DNA of 64,000 nt from Thermoguttaceae bacterium (GTDB lineage: Bacteria > Planctomycetota > Planctomycetia > Pirellulales > Thermoguttaceae). The translations under genes were made by a program, and so were the position numbers. This document shows positions 7,066-16,225 of the stretch, in pieces (within the stretch, counting starts at the first letter, position 1; the number at the start of each line of letters is the position of its first letter). The notes beneath the pieces were generated by a model, which saw nothing but the letters and a program-made list of their open reading frames with translations, did not search any database and had not been told where the DNA came from. The stretch spans positions 229 through 64,228 of the forward strand of contig JBOFSQ010000111.1 in assembly GCA_051651625.1 (NCBI GenBank), read 5' to 3'.

Positions 7066-8940
7066 CTACGTTGCGTTTTCCGCAGGTTTTCCGTCTTCGC
7101 CGAGTACGACGTCGGCGGTTGCGGTCTTCGATTTGGCGACGGTGATGAGCGACGTGTGAATCGCTTCGCGGTCGCCCTTCGTCAGTTTTGCCACCGCCGT
7201 TGCGACCTCGCCAAGATAACGCAAGAAAATACTGCGACGCTCTCCTTCTTGGCGAACACGGTCACGCCGGTTGAGATAGATGCCAAGTTTGCGACCAACC
7301 GCTTGCAGCGCGAGTCGCAGTTCCTTCTGGATTTCCGGGTACGCCGCTATCGCCTCCTTCGACTCGCTCGTGAACGGCACCCAAACACTTGCGAGGTGAA
7401 CCATCACCGTCACCGGCCCGCGCGGAAACTGGTTGCGCGACTGCGTGAGTCCATACGAACGCCAATTCATCCCCGCCACCGTTTGCGTCGTGAGACACGC
7501 ACCGGGCTGAAACTGTAACGGTACGCGATTCGCGTAACGATACAGCGACATTGATTGACCTTCACTCAAGTTGAGCGACTGGAGAGTCTCGTGCAAATGC
7601 TTCGTCTCTTGCGGCGACATGTTTTTCGGCGAGAGACGCGGACGCAACTTCGCCGCACGAATCAGTTTGTCGGCGGCGTCGTTACCGATTCCGTCGAACG
7701 TTGCGGTAAGGAATTGCCGCATCGTTCGCGCGTCGCTTTCGGCGAGAAGTTCTTCGAGCGACTCGCGCGAGATTTTGTGCGTCGCCGGTGCGCCGCCGTA
7801 AGAGAGCGCGACTTCGATCTGAAACGGATTGCCGCGATAGACCGCCGGTGGCCGCGTCACCGCCGCATAAAACTCGCCGGGGACGACGTGGTGAAGCCCT
7901 TTGAGAAGATTCTCTTCGCCGATTGGTGAGATGCAATCTGTTGACGGCGCGGGGATGCGGGCCTCTTGAATTACCGCGTAGAGTCGCTCGACGCCAGTCC
8001 GGTCGATTTTGTGCGGATGGTGACGCACGCCGAGATTCGATTGTTCACAAATCGTTTTTGCAAGCGATGAGTTAACACGCGAAAACGACTCGACCAAAAA
8101 CTTTGCAAGCGTTGGCTCGTGCGTCTCGTGCAACATTTGGAGGAGACGACCGAGTTCGACGCCGTAAGGGTGCGGCTTGATCTCACGCGGCTCGCGCGGC
8201 AGTTCTTGCGACGACGCGGCGTATTCGTGCGACTCGCCGTCGGGGTCGGTGTAGTGGATAGTGATGTGCGGGTTGGCTATCGCTGTCTGCTCCAAGTATT
8301 CATCGACGCTGCCGCGTCCGCGCTGATATTTCGCTTCGAGTTCGATAGTGACGCGAGTTCCGTGTGCGACTTCGACCCACTCGATCTCTTGCTTTGTTAT
8401 CATCGCGCGACCGGCGTCGTTCGGCGGAATGTCTTCGCCTTCACCGTCGCCGTTGAGGATGTCGGGCGAGTTTGTCTTGGTGTTAATGCGGATGACGTAG
8501 TAATGCGCCGGTTTGTTCTTCGATATTTTCGAGACAATCTTGACCGGCTTTCCGGTCGTGAGAAGTCCGTACATCCCCGCCGCGCTGATGCCGATCCCTT
8601 GTTGCCCGCGACTCATTCGCAGGCGGTGAAACTTCGAGCCGTAGAGCAGCTTTCCGAAGATGAGCGGAATCTGTTTCTTGACGATTCCGGGGCCGTTGTC
8701 TTGGACGCCGACCTTGAAACGACTCGACCCCATCGACTCGATGTGAACCCAGATTTCCGGCAAGATTCCAGCTTCTTCGCACGCATCAAGAGCGTTGTCT
8801 ACCGCTTCTTTGACGGTAGTCAGTAACGCTTTACGCGGGTTGTCAAAACCGAGCAGGTGGCGATTTTTGGCAAAGAACTCGCTCACGGAAATCTCTTTTT
8901 GACCGCGAGCCATTTCTTCGGCAGACGAACGTCGTGACAT
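7066..8940 (-). CDS. top6B: DNA topoisomerase VI subunit B (GHKL ATPase)
   Basis: N-terminal ISVSEFFAKNRHLLGFDNPRKALLTTVKEAVDNALDA is the Top6B Bergerat-fold signature. The 624-aa length fits the long (Methanosarcina-type) form. Confidence 0.8.
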   Translation of the reverse strand: MSRRSSAEEMARGQKEISVSEFFAKNRHLLGFDNPRKALLTTVKEAVDNALDACEEAGILPEIWVHIESMGSSRFKVGVQDNGPGIVKKQIPLIFGKLLYGSKFHRLRMSRGQQGIGISAAGMYGLLTTGKPVKIVSKISKNKPAHYYVIRINTKTNSPDILNGDGEGEDIPPNDAGRAMITKQEIEWVEVAHGTRVTIELEAKYQRGRGSVDEYLEQTAIANPHITIHYTDPDGESHEYAASSQELPREPREIKPHPYGVELGRLLQMLHETHEPTLAKFLVESFSRVNSSLAKTICEQSNLGVRHHPHKIDRTGVERLYAVIQEARIPAPSTDCISPIGEENLLKGLHHVVPGEFYAAVTRPPAVYRGNPFQIEVALSYGGAPATHKISRESLEELLAESDARTMRQFLTATFDGIGNDAADKLIRAAKLRPRLSPKNMSPQETKHLHETLQSLNLSEGQSMSLYRYANRVPLQFQPGACLTTQTVAGMNWRSYGLTQSRNQFPRGPVTVMVHLASVWVPFTSESKEAIAAYPEIQKELRLALQAVGRKLGIYLNRRDRVRQEGERRSIFLRYLGEVATAVAKLTKGDREAIHTSLITVAKSKTATADVVLGEDGKPAENAT

Positions 8941-9183
8941 ATTTGTTAACTGTGCATGCGAGTGTGAAACATTTGGGGTGAAAACGCCGCGTATTGTACG
9001 CCGCGATTCGATTTCCTCTAGGGGCCACCCGCACGATGCAGCATTGGCGGCAACTGTTGGCGTGACCCGTTGCCTCTCGATGAGATATTATTATAATCGC
9101 CCGCCATTGTTCGTGCGTAGAGGGAGCTATCAAGCCCTTACAAGTCTTACCACACGCAGTGTCAACGTCTTGGAGAAAAACAA

Positions 9184-11220
9184 GTGCTCACCAATTTTCG
9201 CATCGGACAAAAGCTATTCGTCAACGCTGGCGTCTTGCTTGCACTGCTACTATTCACGGCTGCAATCGGTTGGCTCGGATTGAGTAGAGTGCGCGACGGA
9301 ATCAACCGCCTCAACGAAGAATGGCGTATTTGCAACCAAGTCGCAAACGTTCAAAGGTCGGTGCGCGACGCCCACCTCGTCGCCGTCAACAACGCACTAA
9401 TGGAAGACCCAAACGCCGAGAAACAGTCGCGCGAGATGCTGGCCGAGATTAAAAGTCATCTCGATTCTATCAAAACCGCACTCGTCGCAAGATTTCCAGA
9501 GTCGCTTTGGAAGGAGCTAGATTCCGCACTGACCAACTACGAAACCACCCTCAATGCGTCGCACAGTATCACCAAAAAGCAAAACGCTGGCGACACGACT
9601 CGTCGCGCGGCGGCAAAGGCAAACGAAAAAGCGTTGAAAGATATTCAGGACGACCTCCAGCAACGTTTGGAAGTCTATAAAAGCGACAACGCCGCAATAC
9701 CGCCAGCACTCGTCGAATGGCTTCGCACCGTCAACGACGCCGCAACCGCACGATGGATCATGGGACGCGCCGTCCGCGACGTTCCCATCACCAAGACGCC
9801 AGACAAACGCAAATCGTCAAACGCTGGTTATCAAACCTACCGCGCCGACTGCGTCAAACGGATCGCCGCACTGCAAGTTAGTCCGCCCGACGACGTGGCC
9901 AGTGTACTCGCCAAAGAAGTGGCAACAACATTTGGCGGATTCCTCGAAACTCTCGACACGTCCGTAAACGACTACAACGACAGCGACAGCGAACTTCGCA
10001 CTCTCCACGCCCGCGCTGTGGTACTCGATGACGTTCTCGACCGACTGACGAAACTCTCGGAGGAGAACTTCGTTCGTGTTTCGGACGACGCCGTCCGCGA
10101 CGAAGTCTGGGCGATTCGGCTCTTGATCGGTTTCGCGGTAATCGCCGTCGTCGTGAGCGTGTTGTTGTCGGTGACAATTTCGCGCGGCATCACCACCGGT
10201 TTGGGGTACGTCGTCGCCGGAATGAACCAAATTGCCGACGATGGCGACATTGCCGTCACCATTCACGACGAACACAAGTCTCGTCGCGACGAGATCGGAA
10301 TGTTGACACGTTCGTTCGCTAAAATTGTCGATGAGTTCGGGCACGTTGCGCAGTTGGCGGCGTCGCTTGGGCGTGGCGATTGGCGTGTCAAAGTGGCGAT
10401 CCGTAGCGACCGCGACGAGATGAACAAGTCTCTCGCAACGATGCTCTCAAACATCCGCGAAACGCTTTCTGCGTTCGCGTCGGCGGTTAACTTGGTTGCT
10501 TCGGGAGCGTCGCAAGTTGCCGGTGCCAGCGACAATCTTTCGCACGGTTCAACAACGTCTGCGGCGAGCATCGAAGAAATTTCTGCCACCATCGGCGAGA
10601 TTAGCGGGCAGACGAAAACCAACGCCGAAAACGCCACGCAAGCCAACGCCCTTTCACAACAAGCGTGTACCGCTGCTGGTTCCGGCCAAGACTTGATGAA
10701 ACGGATGATCGCGTCGATGGAAACGATCACGAAAAACTCTCAAGAAGCGCAGCGAGTCGTCAAGGTGATTGACGACATTTCGTTCCAAACGAATCTTCTC
10801 GCGCTCAATGCTGCTGTCGAGGCGGCGCGTGCGGGTCAGCACGGGAAAGGTTTCGCGGTGGTTGCCGAAGAGGTACGCAATCTCGCCGCTCGCAGTGCGA
10901 AGGCCGCCGCCGAAACGACCGAGATGATCGACAGCAACAACAAACAGATCATCGACGGTGCGCAGCTCGCTACGCAAACTGCGGAGATGCTCAACACGAT
11001 TGTTCGGCAAGTCACGGAAGTTGCTAGGTTTATCGGCGACATTGCCACGGCGAGTAGTGAACAGTCACACGGTATCAGCCAAGTGTCGATTGGCTTGTCG
11101 CAGATCGACTCCGTTACACAGCAAAATACCGCCAACGCCGAGGAGACCGCATCGGTGTCAAATGACATGAGTGCGCAAGCACGACAGCTCCAAACCCTCA
11201 TCGGAAAGTTCCAACTGTGA
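9184..11220 (+). CDS. Methyl-accepting chemotaxis protein (TM-sensor-TM-HAMP-MA)
   Basis: FQTNLLALNAAVEAARAGQHGKGFAVVAEEVRNLAARS signalling hairpin and two hydrophobic segments. GTG start. Confidence 0.9.
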   Translation: MLTNFRIGQKLFVNAGVLLALLLFTAAIGWLGLSRVRDGINRLNEEWRICNQVANVQRSVRDAHLVAVNNALMEDPNAEKQSREMLAEIKSHLDSIKTALVARFPESLWKELDSALTNYETTLNASHSITKKQNAGDTTRRAAAKANEKALKDIQDDLQQRLEVYKSDNAAIPPALVEWLRTVNDAATARWIMGRAVRDVPITKTPDKRKSSNAGYQTYRADCVKRIAALQVSPPDDVASVLAKEVATTFGGFLETLDTSVNDYNDSDSELRTLHARAVVLDDVLDRLTKLSEENFVRVSDDAVRDEVWAIRLLIGFAVIAVVVSVLLSVTISRGITTGLGYVVAGMNQIADDGDIAVTIHDEHKSRRDEIGMLTRSFAKIVDEFGHVAQLAASLGRGDWRVKVAIRSDRDEMNKSLATMLSNIRETLSAFASAVNLVASGASQVAGASDNLSHGSTTSAASIEEISATIGEISGQTKTNAENATQANALSQQACTAAGSGQDLMKRMIASMETITKNSQEAQRVVKVIDDISFQTNLLALNAAVEAARAGQHGKGFAVVAEEVRNLAARSAKAAAETTEMIDSNNKQIIDGAQLATQTAEMLNTIVRQVTEVARFIGDIATASSEQSHGISQVSIGLSQIDSVTQQNTANAEETASVSNDMSAQARQLQTLIGKFQL

Positions 11221-11227
11221 ACCAATA

Positions 11228-11370
11228 GACCTGTTCGGAAACTCGCACCCGCACACAGCGGTTCGGCATAGCCGAACCCTCCAAACGCCTACGGCGTTGA
11301 TAACTGGAGGGTTCGGCTATGCCGAACCAGAACTACCAAATCGCCCCAATTTCATGTTTCCGAACAAGTC
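11228..11370 (+). repeat. Family A MITE/REP-like palindromic element, long form, copy A1
   Basis: Terminal inverted repeats GACCTGTTCGGAAAC / GTTTCCGAACAAGTC. Internal hairpin GGTTCGGCATAGCCGAACCCTCC ... GGAGGGTTCGGCTATGCCGAACC. Starts 7 nt after the MCP stop. Confidence 0.9.
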
Positions 11371-11442
11371 CATTCTTGACAAAGCCTTGTTAGACGCAAA
11401 ACAATCCCGTAAACGTTTACTCCTCTTTAGCAAAGGACAACA

Positions 11443-13425
11443 ATGACAACGACAGCAGCACCGCAGGTTTCGCAGCATCACCCCGCTGGACTTTGGGTTT
11501 TGTTTACAACGGAAATGTGGGAACGGTTCGCGTTCTACGGGATGCGAGCGATTCTGGTTTTGTATCTCGTCTCGGCATCGACGAGCCAGTTCGCGCCGGG
11601 GTTTGGATGGTCTGAAAGCGACGCATACAAACTCTACGCCATCTACACGAGTTGGGTCTACCTGTTCCCGATGATCGGCGGTTGGATCGCCGACCGCTGG
11701 ATCGGTCAACACCGTGCCGTTTTAATCGGTGCGGTGCTGATGGCACTCGGCCAGTTCGCACTCGCGGCGGCGGAGTTCGTGCGAATCGGCGGCGGAGTTC
11801 GCGTAACCGCTGGCACCGACCCTGTCGCACTCTGGACGTTCTACGCCGGACTTGCCTTGATGGTTATCGGAAACGGTTTTTTCAAACCGTGCATCTCCGT
11901 TATGGTCGGCCAGCTCTACGGACAAAACGACCCGCGACGCGACGCCGGATTCAGCATCTTCTATATGGGGATCAACATCGGCGCGTTTGTCTCACCGCTC
12001 GTCGCCGGAACCATCGGCGAAAACTACGGATACCACCTCGGATTCATGATTTCGGGACTCGGCATGATTTTCGGACTGTGTACCTACTCGTTCCTCCGTC
12101 CGCGTTTCATTCCAAATCTTGGGTTGCCGCCGCAGCCAGTACGCGATACCGACAATCTCACCGACGAAGAAAAAGCCAAACGCGAACAACGCGCATACGA
12201 ACAGACTCGTCCACTCACGAAAGTCGATTACGACAAGATGTTCGTCATTCTCATCTTGTCGATTTTCTCAATAGGATTTTGGGTGGCGTTTGAACAGGCG
12301 GGTTCGTCGCTCAACACGTTTGCCAAAGACAAGACGAGTCGCGGCGTCTCCGACGTGATGGTGCGGATGACTCCCGAACTTGCGAAGCCGGTTGTGCTTC
12401 TTGACGACGAGTATCTCATTGACCTTGCAAACACCATTGATGGAGTTGAGGCGACTGAAAAGTCGGTGATTGAGTGTCTCGCACCGTCGGCGGAGGTTAT
12501 TGTTCCGGTGCGTGAGTCGTGGAACGCGAGAATTGCGAGGCTGTTCTCGTTCCGGTCAACGGCAGATGTCGAGAAGCAGCCACCGGCTCTACTCTTCGCG
12601 CGGGCGAAAGAACTTTCTGAACGTCGCTGGATCGCAGATGGAATCGACCTCCAAGTTTTCGTGCGACAAATCGAAGCGAATGCGGCGACTGGCACTTCTA
12701 GCGGCGGCGATGCCGCCAGCGATGCGCACGTCTTGAACCGCGACACCGAACTCACCGCAGAAAAACTCGGCGCGCTCTCGTCGCTCTTGACGAAGTACGA
12801 ACGCCAGTTGCGTTCGCTCGAAGACAAGCGGCGCGGTGCAGAAGAAAAGTATGTCCCCGGAGATGTTCGCCGAACGTTCCCGGCGTCTTGGTATCAGTCG
12901 GTCAATCCGCTTGGGATCGTTTTGTTCACGCCGTTCTTTGCGGTTCTGTGGGTTGCGCTTGCGAAGCGTGGGATCGAGCCGTCAACGCCGGTGAAGTTCG
13001 GAATGGGGCTGCTGCTGCTTTCGGTCGGGTTTTACATGATGGTCCCCGGCGCGATTGACGCTCACAATTCTGGCGGTTACGCGAAGCCGTACTGGCTTGT
13101 CATCTGTTACTGTTTCTGCACTTGGGGCGAGCTTTGCATTTCGCCGGTGGGACTATCAATGGTGACGAAACTCGCGCCGGTGCGTTTGGCGTCGCTCTTT
13201 ATGGGCGTTTGGTTTTTGTGTAGTTCGATTGCGTACTACCTCGCTGGTTACATGGCAGCGATTCTCGGTGCCGACGACGGTGGCGACAAGTTCACGCTCA
13301 TTTTTGGCAAAGCAGGTGGGATGGCCGACTTCTTCTTTGTCCTCGGCACGATCCCAGCGGTGATCGGCGTCATCGCCCTCATCCTCGCGCCGACAATCAA
13401 ACGCAAAATGCACGGGGTGCATTAG
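11443..13425 (+). CDS. Proton-dependent oligopeptide transporter (POT/PTR2 family, DtpT-like) with a large loop insertion
   Basis: TEMWERFAFYGMRAILVLYL PTR2 signature and FEQAGSSL in TM7. A ~190-aa hydrophilic insert precedes PASWYQSVNP. Confidence 0.9.
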   Translation: MTTTAAPQVSQHHPAGLWVLFTTEMWERFAFYGMRAILVLYLVSASTSQFAPGFGWSESDAYKLYAIYTSWVYLFPMIGGWIADRWIGQHRAVLIGAVLMALGQFALAAAEFVRIGGGVRVTAGTDPVALWTFYAGLALMVIGNGFFKPCISVMVGQLYGQNDPRRDAGFSIFYMGINIGAFVSPLVAGTIGENYGYHLGFMISGLGMIFGLCTYSFLRPRFIPNLGLPPQPVRDTDNLTDEEKAKREQRAYEQTRPLTKVDYDKMFVILILSIFSIGFWVAFEQAGSSLNTFAKDKTSRGVSDVMVRMTPELAKPVVLLDDEYLIDLANTIDGVEATEKSVIECLAPSAEVIVPVRESWNARIARLFSFRSTADVEKQPPALLFARAKELSERRWIADGIDLQVFVRQIEANAATGTSSGGDAASDAHVLNRDTELTAEKLGALSSLLTKYERQLRSLEDKRRGAEEKYVPGDVRRTFPASWYQSVNPLGIVLFTPFFAVLWVALAKRGIEPSTPVKFGMGLLLLSVGFYMMVPGAIDAHNSGGYAKPYWLVICYCFCTWGELCISPVGLSMVTKLAPVRLASLFMGVWFLCSSIAYYLAGYMAAILGADDGGDKFTLIFGKAGGMADFFFVLGTIPAVIGVIALILAPTIKRKMHGVH

Positions 13426-13522
13426 AGTTGTTCGGGAACTTGCACCGGCACAGCGGTTCGGCATAGCCGAACCCTCCAAACGCTGGAGGGTTCGGCTATG
13501 CCGAACCTGAAATACTCACCAA
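13425..13522 (+). repeat. Family A element, short form, copy A2
   Basis: Begins at the POT stop codon (TAGAGTTGTTCGGGAAC...). The core hairpin is present with a short loop. Confidence 0.9.
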
Positions 13523-13544
13523 CATATTTCCCCACAATCCACCA

Positions 13545-14126
13545 ATGACCATATCAAAACCGAGTTCGTATTTGTCGTTTCCGTTTGACGTGAAGGTCGA
13601 TTTTGCGACGGGGGCGATTGATTGTCCCGACAACGTATACGACCGTCGTCTCTCGCAGATGGCGGCGATGTACGAAGACCGTGAAGCCGTCGCTGCGCTT
13701 GCTGCGACTGATCCAGTCATCTACCGCGTTTACGAGCGGCAGCTTCCCGCGCTGGCAGGTGAGCTTCAGTGGTGTATGAGTGTGACGTTCCCCGGAAAGG
13801 TCGGACGCGAATACTACATGACCAAGGGGCATTTTCACGCCGTCCGCGAGACTGCCGAGATTTATCTTTGCGTTGCGGGCGAAGGGATGATGATGATGGA
13901 GACCGAAAGCGGCCAGAGCGACATAAAATTGATGACGCCCAATACTTGTGTCTACGTCCCCGCGTTTTGGGCGCACCGTTCGATCAACACCGGTACGACG
14001 CCGCTGATTTCGTTCTGCGTCTATCCGGGCCACGCGGGGCACGACTACGGTTCAATCGAGACTCGCGGTTTCTCAAGACGTGTCGTCGATATTGGCGGCA
14101 AACCGACAGTGATTGATGGCCGGTGA
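13545..14126 (+). CDS. pgiA: Cupin-type glucose-6-phosphate isomerase (archaeal cPGI family)
   Basis: Near-collinear with my recollection of Pyrococcus cPGI: FDVKVDF..., PGKVGREYYMTKGHFHA, YVPAFWAHRSINTG, YPGHAGHDYGSIE. Confidence 0.85.
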   Translation: MTISKPSSYLSFPFDVKVDFATGAIDCPDNVYDRRLSQMAAMYEDREAVAALAATDPVIYRVYERQLPALAGELQWCMSVTFPGKVGREYYMTKGHFHAVRETAEIYLCVAGEGMMMMETESGQSDIKLMTPNTCVYVPAFWAHRSINTGTTPLISFCVYPGHAGHDYGSIETRGFSRRVVDIGGKPTVIDGR

Positions 14127-14127
14127 A

Positions 14128-14237
14128 GTAGTTTGAGTTCGGCATAGCCGAACCCTCCAGTTAACAACGCCGTTGGCGTTTGGAGGGTTCGGCTATGCCG
14201 AACCGCTGTACGGGTGCAACTTTTCGAACAGGTCTAC
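14128..14237 (-). repeat. Family A element, copy A3 (reverse orientation)
   Basis: Starts 1-2 nt after the pgiA TGA (TGAAGTAGTTTGAGTTCGG...) and ends ...CGAACAGGTCTAC. Confidence 0.9.
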
Positions 14238-14359
14238 GACATCCGTAACGGGTCTCGCTGTCGCCTCTCCTTGGCTCCCCGTCTTATTCCGCTAGAATAG
14301 TACCCGTGTTGGCTAGTGTGTTTGTGTTTCACAGTCTCTCAAAGAAAGGTTGGCTCGTT

Positions 14360-15559
14360 ATGAAGAAGCAAATTGTGTCGCTGGCTCTTGCGTTTGTGTT
14401 TGGTGTGGGCGTGGCGTTTGGACAAGCGTCACTCAATGACCCCGCTCTCTTTCAAGTCCCCGAAATCAAAACTGTTGCGGAAGCACAAAACTTCTTGCGT
14501 GAAATCAACGGCAAAGCGAGGCCGCTGGTGAAGTCGCAAGAGGATCAGATGGTGCTTATTGAGAAGATGGCGGACGTGTTCACCACGCTCGGTGACAAAG
14601 TGCTCGCTCTCGCACCCGCCGACGATGCGGTTGCAACTGGGTACGCGCTAAAGTTTCAAGGTGCAGGCATACGTTTGGCGTTTGCCCATAACAGCGACGA
14701 CGCCGAGGCCAAAATCGCTGCGGCCAAGGCAGCTCTTGAAAAGCTGATCGAAGAAGCCGACGCGGTCCCCGAAGCAAAACCGCACGCCGACGACGCACGC
14801 GCCAAACTCTTTATGGAACGTGTCGCGCAGGAACTCCAAAAACTCGACGACACCAATCCAGACCATCGCAAGGTTCTGTTCCTTCGGCTGAAGCCAATCT
14901 TCGTTGAACAGGTCGAAAAATATCCGTCGCCCGCACTCGGTCAGATGTTGTCGGTTCTGATCGGACTCGCCGAAGACGAAAACAACCCTGCCGCTTCCGA
15001 CGCTGCCGCAAGCGAGCTGATTGCGCTGTTCACAAATTCGCCCGATGCGCGTCTCAAAAAAGTCGCTGCTAGTGCGGAAGGTGAACGCCGTCGCAACATC
15101 GGAAAACCGTTCGCAATCAAAGGGAAGACCGTCGCTGGCGACGACTTCGATTGGGAAAAGTACAAGGGAAAGATCGTCTTGATCGACTTCTGGGCGTCGT
15201 GGTGCGGACCGTGTATCGGCGAAGTCCCGAACATGATCAAGGCTTACGAACAGTTCAAAGACAAAGGGTTTGAGATCGTGAGCATCGGCGTTTGGGACGA
15301 GAACGACAAACTCAAGAAGGGGATGGAAGACCACAAAATGACGTGGGTCTCGCTCTCGGAAGACCTCACGACAAAGGACAATCCCGACGCCGCGAAGTTC
15401 GGCGAATCTTACGGGGTTCAAGGTATTCCGACGATGTTCCTCGTTGGTCGTGACGGCAAGATCATCGTTACCGACACGCAGAAGATTCGCGGCCCCAACA
15501 CCCTCATCAAAACGCTCGAAGAAATCATCGCCAAAGAAGAGGCGGAGAAGAAAAAGTAG
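14360..15559 (+). CDS. Secreted TlpA/ResA-like thiol-disulfide oxidoreductase with a helical N-terminal domain
   Basis: Signal peptide MKKQIVSLALAFVFGVGVAFG. C-terminal thioredoxin fold FWASWCGPCIGEVP ... GIPTMFLVGRDGKI. Confidence 0.8.
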   Translation: MKKQIVSLALAFVFGVGVAFGQASLNDPALFQVPEIKTVAEAQNFLREINGKARPLVKSQEDQMVLIEKMADVFTTLGDKVLALAPADDAVATGYALKFQGAGIRLAFAHNSDDAEAKIAAAKAALEKLIEEADAVPEAKPHADDARAKLFMERVAQELQKLDDTNPDHRKVLFLRLKPIFVEQVEKYPSPALGQMLSVLIGLAEDENNPAASDAAASELIALFTNSPDARLKKVAASAEGERRRNIGKPFAIKGKTVAGDDFDWEKYKGKIVLIDFWASWCGPCIGEVPNMIKAYEQFKDKGFEIVSIGVWDENDKLKKGMEDHKMTWVSLSEDLTTKDNPDAAKFGESYGVQGIPTMFLVGRDGKIIVTDTQKIRGPNTLIKTLEEIIAKEEAEKKK

Positions 15560-15711
15560 ACCGCGAATGCACACGACGCTACAATGCAAGCGTGTAAGCG
15601 TTCACAGTTGATTTCGAATTCGTCACCCCCGCGTACTCGGCGGGGGGCTAGAGCTAACGCTTTGGGGTTCGCTTGCGCGAACGCGCTGTCGCGTCTGCTT
15701 GCAGTGTTGTT

Positions 15712-15748
15712 CTCTGGATGCCCGCCGAGTACGCGGGCATGACGGAAC
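15712..15748. repeat. Family C-like hairpin (ATGCCCGCCGAGTACGCGGGCAT)
   Basis: Short palindrome. It accounts for the spurious N-terminal extension of the next ORF. Confidence 0.7.
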
Positions 15749-16206
15749 ATGGCGTGCACGGTTACGCAAATGCAAGGAGATTGTCCGTGGATTCACACAC
15801 TGACGTTGCGATTAACAAGGTCGCCACCATCGAACGGTGCATCAATCGCTTTCGTGAAGAGTATGCGTTTGACCCGACGATGAAAAGTTACACGCATGTT
15901 GACGCGATGATTTTGAATGTCAAACGTGCGTGTCAGGCGTGCGTTGATTTGGCAACGCATCTGATTTTCGTGAAGCGTTTGGGGAACCTACAAACCAGTG
16001 GCGATGCGTTTCTTCTTTTGCAAACGTGCGGACTCATCACCGAAGCGACGGCAAAAAATATGGTGCGTATGGTGACGTTTTGCAACATCGCCGTCCATCA
16101 ATACCAGTCGCTCGACACGAGCGTGCTTGAATCCGTCGCTACGCAACGCTGGCAAGACATGGTTTCCTACTGTGACGAATTGGGATTTGCTGTCAAAGTC
16201 AGGTGA
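15739..16206 (+). CDS. hepT: HepT-like HEPN/DUF86 protein with the catalytic Arg replaced (Cx4HxY)
   Basis: VTFCNIAVHQYQSLD sits where DUF86 proteins have (F/G)RNxxxHxY, with codon TGC instead of CGC. The start is uncertain: ATG 15739 or GTG 15787. No nucleotidyltransferase (MntA) ORF lies upstream. Confidence 0.65.
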   Translation: MTEHGVHGYANARRLSVDSHTDVAINKVATIERCINRFREEYAFDPTMKSYTHVDAMILNVKRACQACVDLATHLIFVKRLGNLQTSGDAFLLLQTCGLITEATAKNMVRMVTFCNIAVHQYQSLDTSVLESVATQRWQDMVSYCDELGFAVKVR

Positions 16207-16225
16207 ACATACAAACGAGGTCGCC

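Noticed and set aside
11171-11446. ORFs translating family A/B/C repeats into recurring peptides (GGFGYAEPEL, RHSRTLQTP, ALAYASRSD, MDSRLRGND). The same repeats add N-terminal extensions to real genes at 6739, 17848, 30191, 35769, 37742 and 44254.
   Set aside because: The recurrence comes from nucleotide repeats in intergenic DNA. The peptides occur in both orientations and different frames, so they are not conserved protein domains. Gene starts were moved downstream accordingly.
15560-15738. MntA antitoxin ORF upstream of the HepT-like gene.
   Set aside because: No ORF of suitable size or strand exists. The interval is filled by short hairpins, and the N-terminal extension in the ORF track (15673 start) is repeat-derived.
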